Shown here piece after piece: positions 18,666 through 26,945 of a DNA stretch of 29,376 nucleotides; the first letter of the stretch is position 1; the number at the start of each line of letters is the position of its first letter. Location of the stretch: the IMG/VR virus record IMGVR_UViG_3300043908_002087, positions 1 to 29,376 of that record. The stretch is one strand, 5' to 3'. The DNA is from a virus. Taxonomy: Duplodnaviria > Caudoviricetes. The position numbers and the translations under genes are program-made. The notes beneath the pieces were generated by a model. It searched no databases. It had not been told where the DNA came from and was given only the letters and a program-made list of their open reading frames with translations.

Positions 18666-18920
18666 ATGAGTGAAAAAAAAGTATACTGTGGAAGTGGTAA
18701 AAAACAAAGTGAAACTTGGTTAAAAGCTACAATAAACATCAATAAAATTAAAGACCATATTGAAGAGTTTAAGGGACATAAGTTTATCAGAATTAACATC
18801 AACATCAAAGATGAAATAGATCAATTTAACAAAGATGTTGCAATAAGTATTGATAAATGGCAACCTGAACCAAAAGCTCAAACTGAAAGTTTTGAAGATG
18901 GTGATGACTTACCATTTTAA
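18666..18920 (+). CDS. Small single-stranded DNA-binding protein (84 aa)
   Basis: Acidic C-terminal tail ending DGDDLPF; in recombination module. Confidence 0.65.
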   Translation: MSEKKVYCGSGKKQSETWLKATININKIKDHIEEFKGHKFIRININIKDEIDQFNKDVAISIDKWQPEPKAQTESFEDGDDLPF

Positions 18921-19203
18921 ACTTAACCTTGAAAGGTACTATAAAATACTATCCCTAAAATCAAGGGGTTACAGTGATAATGAAATAAAACACATTACTG
19001 GGTTAAATCTTGTAACAGTTAGGAAGTATTTATACTACTATGAATTCAAACATAAAAAGGGAGATTATGTCTCCCTTAATTCAAAACAAGAACCCTATTA
19101 CAAAGATGAAATGAAGTATGGAAGCATTCCAACTTACAACTTTGATGATCTGAGTGAAACAGAAAAAGAACTTTATTACAACAACTTAAAAAAAAATAAC
19201 TAA
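18850..19203 (+). CDS. Helix-turn-helix protein (start uncertain, possibly 18898 or 18904)
   Basis: GYSDNEIKHITGLNLVTVRKYL HTH-like segment. Confidence 0.55.
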   Translation: MINGNLNQKLKLKVLKMVMTYHFKLNLERYYKILSLKSRGYSDNEIKHITGLNLVTVRKYLYYYEFKHKKGDYVSLNSKQEPYYKDEMKYGSIPTYNFDDLSETEKELYYNNLKKNN

Positions 19204-20408
19204 TGAATATATTAAAAGAATTTCAAGAACTTATACCACCTTTAACAAACGAAGAGTATAAACAACTTGAAAGCAATTGTTTAGAAGAAGGTATTAGAGA
19301 ACCAATTCTAACTTGGAATGATTATATAATTGATGGTCATAATAGATTTAAAATTGCTCAACAATGGAGCTTAGAATTTAAAACAGAAAGTAAAAGTTTT
19401 AATAGTGAAGATGATGTTAAAGAATGGATGATACTCAATCAATTCGGAAGACGTAATTTAACTAACTACCAAAGAACTGTTTTAGCACTACAATTAGAAG
19501 ATGTATTTAGAGCAAAAGCAAAAGAAAATCAAGCTATACAATATAAAGGAAATTCACTTTCGCAGATTTCTGCAGAAGTGAAACCAATTGATACAAGAAA
19601 AGAACTTTCAAAAGTTGCAGCAGTTTCACACGATACAATAGCTAAAGTAAAAAAGATACAAGAGAAAGCACCAGAAGAAGTAAAAGCAAAATTAAGAACA
19701 GGTGAAGTAAGTATTAATGCTGCTTATAAAGAAATAAAAAAAGAGGAAAAGAAAGAAGCAATACAAGAAGAAAGAAGAATATTAGCAGAAGAAGGTAGTA
19801 ACAAAGAAATAGAAATAGATTTTAGATTAGGTGATTTTGAAGAAGTGTTTGCAGATATTAAAGATGGTAGTATTGATTGTATAATTACTGATCCTCCTTA
19901 TCCAAAAGAGTTTTTAGAATGTTGGACAAAACTATCAAGGTTTGCTAAAAGAGTTTTAAAACCTAATGGTTTTTGTATAGCTTATAGCGGTCAAATGAAT
20001 TTACCAGAAGTAATGAAAAGAATGAATGAACATTTAAATTATTATTGGATTTTCAGTTTATTGCATACTGGAAATAGACAATTAATAAATGGTAGAAATT
20101 TATTTTGTGGATGGAAACCAATATTAATTTATCAGAATAATTTTAGTAAAATAAAAAAACCAATGGATGATTTTATTACAGGTACAGGTATAGAAAAAAA
20201 ATATCATAAATGGCAACAAGCTGAAATTGAATTAAATTATATTATTGAAAATTTTACTAATATTGGTGATACAATACTTGAACCATTTGCTGGTGGTGGA
20301 ACAACTATATTAGCTTCATTAAATAATAAAAGAAATGTTATTGCTTCTGAAATTATAGAAGAATCATATAATATTTGTAAAAAAAGAATAGCGGAATGGA
20401 AAAGTTAG
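19203..20408 (+). CDS. ParB-like domain fused to N6A/N4C DNA methyltransferase (401 aa)
   Basis: N-terminal GIREPI...IIDGHNR...NQFGRRNL plus HTH; C-terminal IITDPPY and ILEPFAGGGTT (beta-class motif order). Confidence 0.9.
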   Translation: MNILKEFQELIPPLTNEEYKQLESNCLEEGIREPILTWNDYIIDGHNRFKIAQQWSLEFKTESKSFNSEDDVKEWMILNQFGRRNLTNYQRTVLALQLEDVFRAKAKENQAIQYKGNSLSQISAEVKPIDTRKELSKVAAVSHDTIAKVKKIQEKAPEEVKAKLRTGEVSINAAYKEIKKEEKKEAIQEERRILAEEGSNKEIEIDFRLGDFEEVFADIKDGSIDCIITDPPYPKEFLECWTKLSRFAKRVLKPNGFCIAYSGQMNLPEVMKRMNEHLNYYWIFSLLHTGNRQLINGRNLFCGWKPILIYQNNFSKIKKPMDDFITGTGIEKKYHKWQQAEIELNYIIENFTNIGDTILEPFAGGGTTILASLNNKRNVIASEIIEESYNICKKRIAEWKS

Positions 20409-20794
20409 GAAATTATTTTAATAGTGAATTAAATGAATATATTGGAAAAAATTTACCTCGTATAATGACTTCCATTGATTTAGATTTATTACAGGTTAAA
20501 AAAAGAAGAAAGATAATTAGATTAGCAGAATATAAACACGAGAGGGAAAAAGTTGGTAAACAACAATATGATGCATTAAAAATACTTGCTGATATAGCAA
20601 AAAAAATAAATGATAATCCACAGTTATTTGATAATTGGAAATTACAAGTATTAATTATTAGAGGAAATAAACCTTATGATCAAATAAAAATTGAAGATTT
20701 AATTACTGATAAATCACACAAAATAACAGATAAAAAACAAATTAATGAATTTTTGTGTTTAGAACAATTAACAAAACAAACTAATCAAATATGA
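20396..20794 (+). CDS. Putative PD-(D/E)XK-like nuclease (132 aa)
   Basis: IDLD...LAEYK...QQ..AL spacing resembles a restriction-fold active site; overlaps the MTase gene. Confidence 0.45.
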   Translation: MEKLGNYFNSELNEYIGKNLPRIMTSIDLDLLQVKKRRKIIRLAEYKHEREKVGKQQYDALKILADIAKKINDNPQLFDNWKLQVLIIRGNKPYDQIKIEDLITDKSHKITDKKQINEFLCLEQLTKQTNQI

Positions 20795-21207
20795 TTGAAC
20801 TACCATACTTTAAATTCTTTCCCAACCAATGGTTAACAGGAACAATTGCTTTTCAAAACTTTGATGTACAAGGTGCATTTATGAGAGTATGCTGCTTTTA
20901 CTGGAGCAAGGGGTGTAAGGTTTCCAACAGTGAACTTAAAAATATTGTTGGAGATTATTACGATAAATTATTAGAAACTAATTTAATTAAAGTTGAGAAC
21001 AAACTAATAAAGATTAAGTGGTTAGATGAACAGTTTGAAGAAAGAAAAACAGCACACCAAAAAAGAGTTAAAGCTGGAAGATTAGGTGGTAAGCAAAGCT
21101 CAAGCAATGCTCAAGCATTAAGAAAAGATAAGAAAAGAAAAGATAACTATGCTAATGATAATGTTTTGAGAGTTAGTGATGATATTAAAAAACTGCTTAA
21201 AAAATGA
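20791..21207 (+). CDS. Replication initiator (YdaU/DUF1376-like, lambda O-analogue, 138 aa)
   Basis: LPYFKFFP..WL.G.I...QGAF...CC.YW N-terminus, AGRLGG motif, internal iteron-like repeats, upstream of helicase. Confidence 0.75.
   Translation: MIELPYFKFFPNQWLTGTIAFQNFDVQGAFMRVCCFYWSKGCKVSNSELKNIVGDYYDKLLETNLIKVENKLIKIKWLDEQFEERKTAHQKRVKAGRLGGKQSSSNAQALRKDKKRKDNYANDNVLRVSDDIKKLLKK
21091..21144 (+). repeat. Origin-like element inside the initiator gene: 11-bp iterons + AAGAW pentamers
   Basis: AAGCAAAGCTC AAGCAATGCTC AAGCATT then AAGAA AAGAT AAGAA AAGAA AAGAT. Confidence 0.7.
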
Positions 21208-22061
21208 TTTTAGATGATAAACAAACACTTAAATACTTACACGCTTACAAGGATGGTAAAATTAAACAAGGTCTTGGAGTTGGAATAGATGAATTTGATA
21301 AGCACTTAGTATTTAAAAGAGCACAGTTTGTTATGGTGCTAGGATTAGATAACTGTGGGAAAACGTTCTGGTTGCTTTGGTATTTACTTTGCCAAGCTAA
21401 ATTAAACAACAAAAAGTTTATTATTTGGAGTGGTGAAAACAGAGCTGGTCAACTTAAAAGAGATATTATTCAAATGTGGTTAGGAATTAAATTTAAGGAT
21501 ATTATTAAAAGCAAAATTGATTTCTACAACCAAGAGATAAGTAAGTATTTTAAGTTTTTAGATAATTCAAGAATGTATTCAGTTAATGAGTTGTTAAATA
21601 TATTTTCTGAAGCTGATGTTGATGGTTGTGTGATTGATCCATTTACTGGTTTGAATCATCCTAGAAACCAACCAATGTTTGAAAGAAACTATATTTTCTG
21701 CAACCTTGTTAGAGAGTTTTGCAATAAAACAGGCAAGAGTGTATATGTTTGTATGCATCCACAAACAGAAGCAGCTAGAAGAGTTTATCCACAAGATCAT
21801 TTACTTAATGGACATATACAACCACCAAGAAAAGCCGACTGCGAGGGTGGGCAAGTGTTTCCAAACAGGGTTGATGATTTCCTTTGTGTGCATAGATTAA
21901 TTTCACATCCAGATTTATGGATGCTTACAGAACTACACGTTTACAAAGTTAAGGACAAAGAAACTGGTGGAACTCCTACAATGTTAAATGAACCTTTGAG
22001 GTTTGATTATAACAATGGTTTAGGTTTTACCTTAGGAGGTGTTAACCCTTTAAATAAATAA
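21204..22061 (+). CDS. DnaB/SF4-like replicative helicase (285 aa)
   Basis: Walker A GLDNCGKT, IWSGEN, Walker B CVIDP, VCMHP, GG..F.NRVDD...VHR, K.K motifs. Confidence 0.85.
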   Translation: MILDDKQTLKYLHAYKDGKIKQGLGVGIDEFDKHLVFKRAQFVMVLGLDNCGKTFWLLWYLLCQAKLNNKKFIIWSGENRAGQLKRDIIQMWLGIKFKDIIKSKIDFYNQEISKYFKFLDNSRMYSVNELLNIFSEADVDGCVIDPFTGLNHPRNQPMFERNYIFCNLVREFCNKTGKSVYVCMHPQTEAARRVYPQDHLLNGHIQPPRKADCEGGQVFPNRVDDFLCVHRLISHPDLWMLTELHVYKVKDKETGGTPTMLNEPLRFDYNNGLGFTLGGVNPLNK

Positions 22062-22062
22062 T

Positions 22063-22809
22063 ATGAATTTAATAAAAGGAGATTGTTTAGAAGTTATGAA
22101 GTCAATACCAGACGCTTCAGTAGATGCTATTTTAACAGATCCCCCTTACGGAACAACAGCTTGTAAATGGGATAGTGTTATAGATTTTGATTTGATGTGG
22201 AAACAACTTAATAGAATAATAAAGTCTAACGGTGCAATAGTTTTATTTGGTAGTGAGCCATTTAGTAGTGCTTTAAGAATGAGTAATATAAATAATTATA
22301 AGTATGATTGGATATGGATAAAAAACAAAGGAGGTAATTTTTTTAATGCAAAAAAAATGCCTTTAATAGAGCACGAAATTATTTCAGTTTTTTACAATAA
22401 ATTACCAACTTACAATCCACAAATGCAAAAGAGAACAAAAATGAGTTTAGCAAGGGTAAAGTCATCAGCAATTATTGGAGGTAGTGTGAAGGAAGGTTCT
22501 GTCTATGGTAACAGTATTAAAACTAAAAAAAAATATCAAGAATTAAGAAACCCTTCATCATACCAAGAATTTAATGTTGAAAGAGGAAAACACCCAACAC
22601 AAAAACCAGTTTCTTTAATGGAATACTTAATTTTAACTTACACCAACGAAAACGAAACTGTTTTAGATTTTACTATGGGTAGTGGTTCTACAGGTGTGGC
22701 TTGTGTAAATACTAAAAGATATTTTATAGGTATTGAATTAGATAATAAATATTTTGAGATTGCTAAAAAAAGAATAGAACAACATAAACAACAACTAAGA
22801 TTATACTAA
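22063..22809 (+). CDS. DNA methyltransferase, N6_N4_Mtase beta class (248 aa)
   Basis: GDCLEVM, ILTDPPYG, HPTQKPV, VLDFTMGSGSTG, FIGIE motifs. Confidence 0.95.
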   Translation: MNLIKGDCLEVMKSIPDASVDAILTDPPYGTTACKWDSVIDFDLMWKQLNRIIKSNGAIVLFGSEPFSSALRMSNINNYKYDWIWIKNKGGNFFNAKKMPLIEHEIISVFYNKLPTYNPQMQKRTKMSLARVKSSAIIGGSVKEGSVYGNSIKTKKKYQELRNPSSYQEFNVERGKHPTQKPVSLMEYLILTYTNENETVLDFTMGSGSTGVACVNTKRYFIGIELDNKYFEIAKKRIEQHKQQLRLY

Positions 22810-23102
22810 TGAATTTACTAGAAATAATAAACATTAAAAATGAGTTTCACATACTTATTTTAAAAGCAAAAGAAAAAGCAAAGACTAAAGAACAACTAAA
22901 AAATTTAGAGGTTTTGACTGAAACCCTAAAGCTTTTGCATATTCTTCATAAAAAAATAGATGAGGTAAATGCTAAGAAAAGAAAAGCAGATTTAGAATTA
23001 GCTAGAAAATATTTAGAGATTAAAACACTAAAAATTGATATTAATACACTTAATAAAAGAATTAAAAATCAAAATAAGGAAATTGAAAAGTTGATGAAAT
23101 GA
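22809..23102 (+). CDS. Hypothetical coiled-coil protein (97 aa)
   Basis: TAATG coupling to MTase; Leu/Lys-rich heptads. Confidence 0.65.
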   Translation: MNLLEIINIKNEFHILILKAKEKAKTKEQLKNLEVLTETLKLLHILHKKIDEVNAKKRKADLELARKYLEIKTLKIDINTLNKRIKNQNKEIEKLMK

Positions 23103-23185
23103 TTTGTTATTATGTTTCAATAGTAGCTGTGATGCTTTGTGTTTTTATTTTAGGTATATTAATAGGAAAAGCAATTTATGAATAA
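23099..23185 (+). CDS. Small membrane peptide (28 aa, MICYYVSIVAVMLCVFILGILIGKAIYE)
   Basis: Read manually; ATGA overlap; one TM helix. Confidence 0.55.
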   Translation: MICYYVSIVAVMLCVFILGILIGKAIYE

Positions 23186-23327
23186 ACTTAACAAATTAAG
23201 ACAGGTTAAAGATGTTGTTTATAAACCTAAACAAAGAAAGAGAACATTAACCATTACAGAACTGATTGAGAAATACCCAAATGATGCTGATCTTGGCAGA
23301 GAGGTTAGAAAACTAAAAAGCAAATAA
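23178..23327 (+). CDS. Small protein (49 aa) with KYPNDADLGREVR motif
   Basis: Read manually; stop abuts next ATG at 23328; YPND.xLG..VR is a recurrent phage microprotein motif. Confidence 0.7.
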   Translation: MNKLNKLRQVKDVVYKPKQRKRTLTITELIEKYPNDADLGREVRKLKSK

Positions 23328-23672
23328 ATGAATGCAAATAAAAAAGGTAAAAGATTTGAATTGCAAGTAGCAAAGTATTTAAGCAAAGAATTTGGATCAG
23401 AAATAAGAAGAACTCCAAACAGTGGGGGTTTAAGTATTAAGGGTGATATTATGGCAACTCAGGGAATACTATCAGAGTTTAATTGGGAGTGTAAGAACCA
23501 AGAAAAGCTAAACATCTGGAAGGCATTAGAACAGTCAGCTAATGATTGCATTGGTTCACATAAACAGCCATTAGTAGTGTTTACAAAGAACTTTGAAAAA
23601 GATTATGTTGCATTAAGGTTAGAAGATTTTACACAATTATTATTAGAATTAGAACAGTTAAGGAATGAATGA
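23328..23672 (+). CDS. Holliday junction resolvase-like PD-(D/E)XK nuclease (114 aa)
   Basis: KGKRFE, RRTPNSGG, GDI, WECKN motifs. Confidence 0.8.
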   Translation: MNANKKGKRFELQVAKYLSKEFGSEIRRTPNSGGLSIKGDIMATQGILSEFNWECKNQEKLNIWKALEQSANDCIGSHKQPLVVFTKNFEKDYVALRLEDFTQLLLELEQLRNE

Positions 23673-24012
23673 AGTATTAAATAAAATTGCTGAGATTATT
23701 GAGCAGTACAACAACACAAGTATAAATGATGGTGTTAAGCTAAATGAACAGTTAAAAAACCTTACAAGCTACCTGTATTACATTGAAGGTATAAAATCTA
23801 AATACCACCAAGACTTTGAAGAAATAGTTTACAACAAAGTAAACAATGAAAAGCTATCTGTTGCTAGAGCAACCAATGAAGCAAATATTGCTGTTCCTGA
23901 AGTGTATAAATTAAGAAAACTTACCTCTGCTGGTTACAGGGTTTGTGATGCAATAAGAAGTAACATCAGTTTTTTAAAATTAGAATACAATAATGTAACT
24001 AAAAGTTATTAA
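23665..24012 (+). CDS. Hypothetical helical protein (115 aa)
   Basis: Overlapping start, clean ORF. Confidence 0.65.
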   Translation: MNEVLNKIAEIIEQYNNTSINDGVKLNEQLKNLTSYLYYIEGIKSKYHQDFEEIVYNKVNNEKLSVARATNEANIAVPEVYKLRKLTSAGYRVCDAIRSNISFLKLEYNNVTKSY

Positions 24013-24037
24013 TTTTGTATAACCACAAAAATATATT

Positions 24038-24541
24038 TTGTCACATAATGAGGTTCTTAATATCTTGGCACAACATCAGAAAAAATGGGAAGCAATGGCA
24101 AACAAGCTGCTGTACCAAAACACTGAGTTAAACCCTATTGATATTGTACAAGATATGTATATAAAGGTCTTTGATGACTTAACAAACAATGAACTTCAAA
24201 TTGAAAACTTAATTGTAAACAACAAACCACATTTTGGAATTGTTAAAACTATACTTAAAAGAATAATACAAGTAAAAAGTAAAAACAAGAACAAAAAAGT
24301 AAGTTTAAATAATTCACATAAACAAATAGCTGATTCACAAGAACAGCAAGAAGATATTGAAAAAAAGATTGATGAGGTACTTAACACTATGTATTGGTTT
24401 GATAGAAAGTTATTTAACCTATATAGAAAAGAATTTCACAGTATTAGAAAACTCAGCAAGGCAACAAAAATAAGTCACGCAACCGTTCATAAAACAATAG
24501 CAAAATGCAAACAGGAACTAAAAAACAAAATAAAACTGTAA
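24038..24541 (+). CDS. ECF-type sigma-70-like factor, probable late transcription factor (167 aa, TTG start)
   Basis: Region-2-like DIVQDMYIK and region-4 HTH SIRKLSKATKISHATVHKTI; at the early/late boundary. Confidence 0.75.
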   Translation: MSHNEVLNILAQHQKKWEAMANKLLYQNTELNPIDIVQDMYIKVFDDLTNNELQIENLIVNNKPHFGIVKTILKRIIQVKSKNKNKKVSLNNSHKQIADSQEQQEDIEKKIDEVLNTMYWFDRKLFNLYRKEFHSIRKLSKATKISHATVHKTIAKCKQELKNKIKL

Positions 24542-24906
24542 GAAAGAAAAAATCTACCAAATCAAAAGGTTTAGGTGATACAATTGCAAAGGTAACAAAA
24601 GTAACAGGCATTGAAAAGGTAGTAAAGTTTATTGCTGGTGAAGATTGTGGGTGTGAAGAAAGAAGAATAAAACTTAATAAACTATTTCCATACAACAAAC
24701 CAGAATGTCTACAAGAACAAGAATATACATTCTTAAAAGAATTTTTTAAATTAAATAAAACAAGCTTAACAGAACAAGAACAAGTCCAACTTATACAAAT
24801 AAGCAATAGGGTACTTCACACCAATAGAGAAATTAGCAGTTGTTCTAGCTGTGTAAGAGAATTGATAGCAGATTGCAAACGTTTATTTGATAACTATAAT
24901 GGATAA
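24505..24906 (+). CDS. Cys-rich hypothetical protein (133 aa)
   Basis: GLGDTI...TGI...DCGCEERR..LN.LFPY and CSSC motifs. Confidence 0.7.
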   Translation: MQTGTKKQNKTVRKKKSTKSKGLGDTIAKVTKVTGIEKVVKFIAGEDCGCEERRIKLNKLFPYNKPECLQEQEYTFLKEFFKLNKTSLTEQEQVQLIQISNRVLHTNREISSCSSCVRELIADCKRLFDNYNG

Positions 24907-25060
24907 AGATACCCAAGCAAAAGAAAAGAAACTATTAACATATTTAAGCAAAACAAAAAAAACAGAGTTTGAAAAACTACTAGAAGAACTAGAAAAAAAA
25001 CCAGTACCAACAAGACAATGCAGCATAGATAATAATGAATGTGAATCTTGTAGTGGATAA
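24899..25060 (+). CDS. Microprotein (53 aa) ending CSIDNNECESCSG, resembling the RNR alpha-subunit C-terminal redox tail
   Basis: Read manually: MDKDTQAKEKKLLTYLSKTKKTEFEKLLEELEKKPVPTRQCSIDNNECESCSG*; overlaps upstream stop. Confidence 0.7.
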   Translation: MDKDTQAKEKKLLTYLSKTKKTEFEKLLEELEKKPVPTRQCSIDNNECESCSG

Positions 25061-25070
25061 ATAAATAATT

Positions 25071-25214
25071 ATGCCAAAGCCAAAAGCAAATGAATCAAGG
25101 AAGGACTTTATGATCAGGTGCATCCCTATGGTTATTAGAGAAGGTAAAAGTAGAGAACAAGCAATTGCACAATGTTCAGCTACTTATGCAAACAAAGATA
25201 AATATGCAAAATGA
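25071..25214 (+). CDS. Small protein (47 aa, MPKPKANESRKDFMIRCIP...EQAIAQC)
   Basis: Read manually; A/T-rich start context; PKP..ES..DF..RC...QA.A.C is a recurrent phage motif. Confidence 0.7.
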   Translation: MPKPKANESRKDFMIRCIPMVIREGKSREQAIAQCSATYANKDKYAK

Positions 25215-25293
25215 AGGTGATGAAATACTTGCTGCAATCATTACTGGATTGATAATATTATTGCTATTGGTTACTATGGAAATGATTTTGTAA
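25204..25293 (+). CDS. Small membrane peptide (29 aa, MQNEGDEILAAIITGLIILLLLVTMEMIL)
   Basis: Read manually; fills gap before terS; single TM helix. Confidence 0.5.
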   Translation: MQNEGDEILAAIITGLIILLLLVTMEMIL

Positions 25294-25319
25294 ATACAAT
25301 GAGAATACAATGAGCAATG
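25293..25319 (+). repeat. Tandem 11-bp direct repeat (AATACAATGAG x2 + CAATG) at the terS start
   Basis: 25293-25303 and 25304-25314 are identical. Confidence 0.7.
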
Positions 25320-25658
25320 GCAAATGAACAAAATTTAATATCATTTAAAAAAGGACAGTCAGGAAATCCAAATGGCAGACCAAAAGGAAGCAGAAACAGA
25401 AGCACAATTGTAAAGGAAGTTTTACAAATGCTTAGTAAAGAAGATAATCCATTAACAGGCCAAGAAGAATGGTTAACCAATGAGCAAAGAATGACAATAA
25501 GCATACTACTCAAAGCTTTGAAAGGTGATGTAAATGCATACAAGGCTTTGATGGATTCAGCTTATGGTACAGCAAGAGATACTGTTGATATTAACAGCAA
25601 TGAAAAGAGAAGTATTGATTTCAAACATTTAATAAGTGGAATTAAAGCTAAGCAATAA
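25317..25658 (+). CDS. terS: Terminase small subunit (113 aa)
   Basis: FKKGQSGNPNGRPKG motif, KALKGD..AYK.LMD..YG; overlaps terL start. Confidence 0.8.
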   Translation: MANEQNLISFKKGQSGNPNGRPKGSRNRSTIVKEVLQMLSKEDNPLTGQEEWLTNEQRMTISILLKALKGDVNAYKALMDSAYGTARDTVDINSNEKRSIDFKHLISGIKAKQ

Positions 25659-26841
25659 ATATTTAGTATTAGAAAATGATACTAGATACTTTATTTGCAC
25701 AGGTGGAAGAGGTTCAGGCAAATCCTTTGCAATAAACACACTACTTACACTTCTAACTTATGAGCAAGGGCATAAGATACTATTTACTAGATATACATTA
25801 AGAGCTGCTAGTATATCAATCATTCCAGAGTTTATTGAAAAGCTAGAACTACAAAAGATTGAGCAAGATTTTCACATTACAAAAGATGAAATCATAAACA
25901 AGCAAACTGGCAGTAAAATACTATTCAGAGGAATTAAAACAAGTTCAGGAGACCAAACAGCAAACTTGAAATCTTTGCAAGGTGTTACTACTTGGGTGTT
26001 GGATGAAGCTGAAGAATTAACTGATGAAAGTATATTTGATAAAATAGATTTATCCATCAGGCAAAAGGACAAAGACAACAGAGTAATATTAATACTAAAC
26101 CCAACCACAAAAGAAAACTTTATTTACCAAAGATTCTTTGAAGCAAGGGGTGTTGAAGCTGGTAGCAATATTATTAAGGATGATACAACCTACATACATA
26201 CAACTTATTTAGATAACATAGAAAACCTTTCAGAAAGCTATATTAAACAAATAGAGCAAATGAAAAAACGTAGACCAAACAGATACAAGCATACTATCTT
26301 AGGAAGTTGGTTAGATAAAGCAGAAGGTGTTATTTACAACAATTGGAGTATTGGAGAATTTAAGCAAGTTGGTAAAATAGTATTTGGTCAGGATTATGGG
26401 TTTAGCAATGATCCAAGCACATTAATTAAAACAAGCATAGATAAGGATAATAAGATTATTTATGTACAACAATGCTTTTATCAAACAAAGCTTACAACAA
26501 GTGAGATTGCAGTATTAAATAAAAAGTATGCTGGTGATAATTTAATAGTTGGTGATAGTGCTGAACCAAGATTAATAAATGAGTTAAGCAGACATAACAA
26601 AGTTGTTCCAGCAATCAAAGGACAGGGCAGTATTACTTATGGGATTAGTTTGCTACAGGATTATGATTTAGTAATTACTGAAGATAGTGTTGAGTTAATT
26701 AAAGAACTTAACAACTATTGTTGGTTAGAAAAGAAAAGCCAAACACCTTGTGATAATTGGAATCATTGCCTGGATGCATTAAGGTATGCAGTAAGTTATC
26801 AGTTGCAAAATCCAAACAGTGGAGAATATTTTCTTTATTAG
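25636..26841 (+). CDS. terL: Terminase large subunit (PBSX/SPP1-like, 401 aa)
   Basis: Walker A GGRGSGKS, Walker B WVLDEAEE, LNP, HTTYLDN, nuclease GQDYGFSNDP, DSAEP, NHCLDALRY. Confidence 0.97.
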   Translation: MELKLSNKYLVLENDTRYFICTGGRGSGKSFAINTLLTLLTYEQGHKILFTRYTLRAASISIIPEFIEKLELQKIEQDFHITKDEIINKQTGSKILFRGIKTSSGDQTANLKSLQGVTTWVLDEAEELTDESIFDKIDLSIRQKDKDNRVILILNPTTKENFIYQRFFEARGVEAGSNIIKDDTTYIHTTYLDNIENLSESYIKQIEQMKKRRPNRYKHTILGSWLDKAEGVIYNNWSIGEFKQVGKIVFGQDYGFSNDPSTLIKTSIDKDNKIIYVQQCFYQTKLTTSEIAVLNKKYAGDNLIVGDSAEPRLINELSRHNKVVPAIKGQGSITYGISLLQDYDLVITEDSVELIKELNNYCWLEKKSQTPCDNWNHCLDALRYAVSYQLQNPNSGEYFLY

Positions 26842-26864
26842 CAAAAAACAGCTCTCAACAGAGG

Positions 26865-26923
26865 AAGCAATGCTTAACCAATGCCCAAGCATTAAGATAA
26901 GATAAAATAAGATAAGATAAGAT
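26865..26923 (+). repeat. Second, intergenic origin-like element: 11-bp iterons + six AAGAT-type pentamers
   Basis: AAGCAATGCTT AACCAATGCCC AAGCATT then AAGAT AAGAT AAAAT AAGAT AAGAT AAGAT; colinear with 21091-21144. Confidence 0.8.
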
Positions 26924-26945
26924 GTAAAAAAAAGTTGTAAAATGT

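Noticed and set aside
24018-24050. Third late-promoter copy upstream of the sigma gene (TATAACC...ACATAAT)
   Set aside because: Both halves are degenerate and the spacing is 2 nt off relative to the two exact copies.
26894-26923. AAGAT repeats as a CRISPR array or plain microsatellite
   Set aside because: No spacers or cas genes; better explained as part of the element duplicated at 21091-21144.
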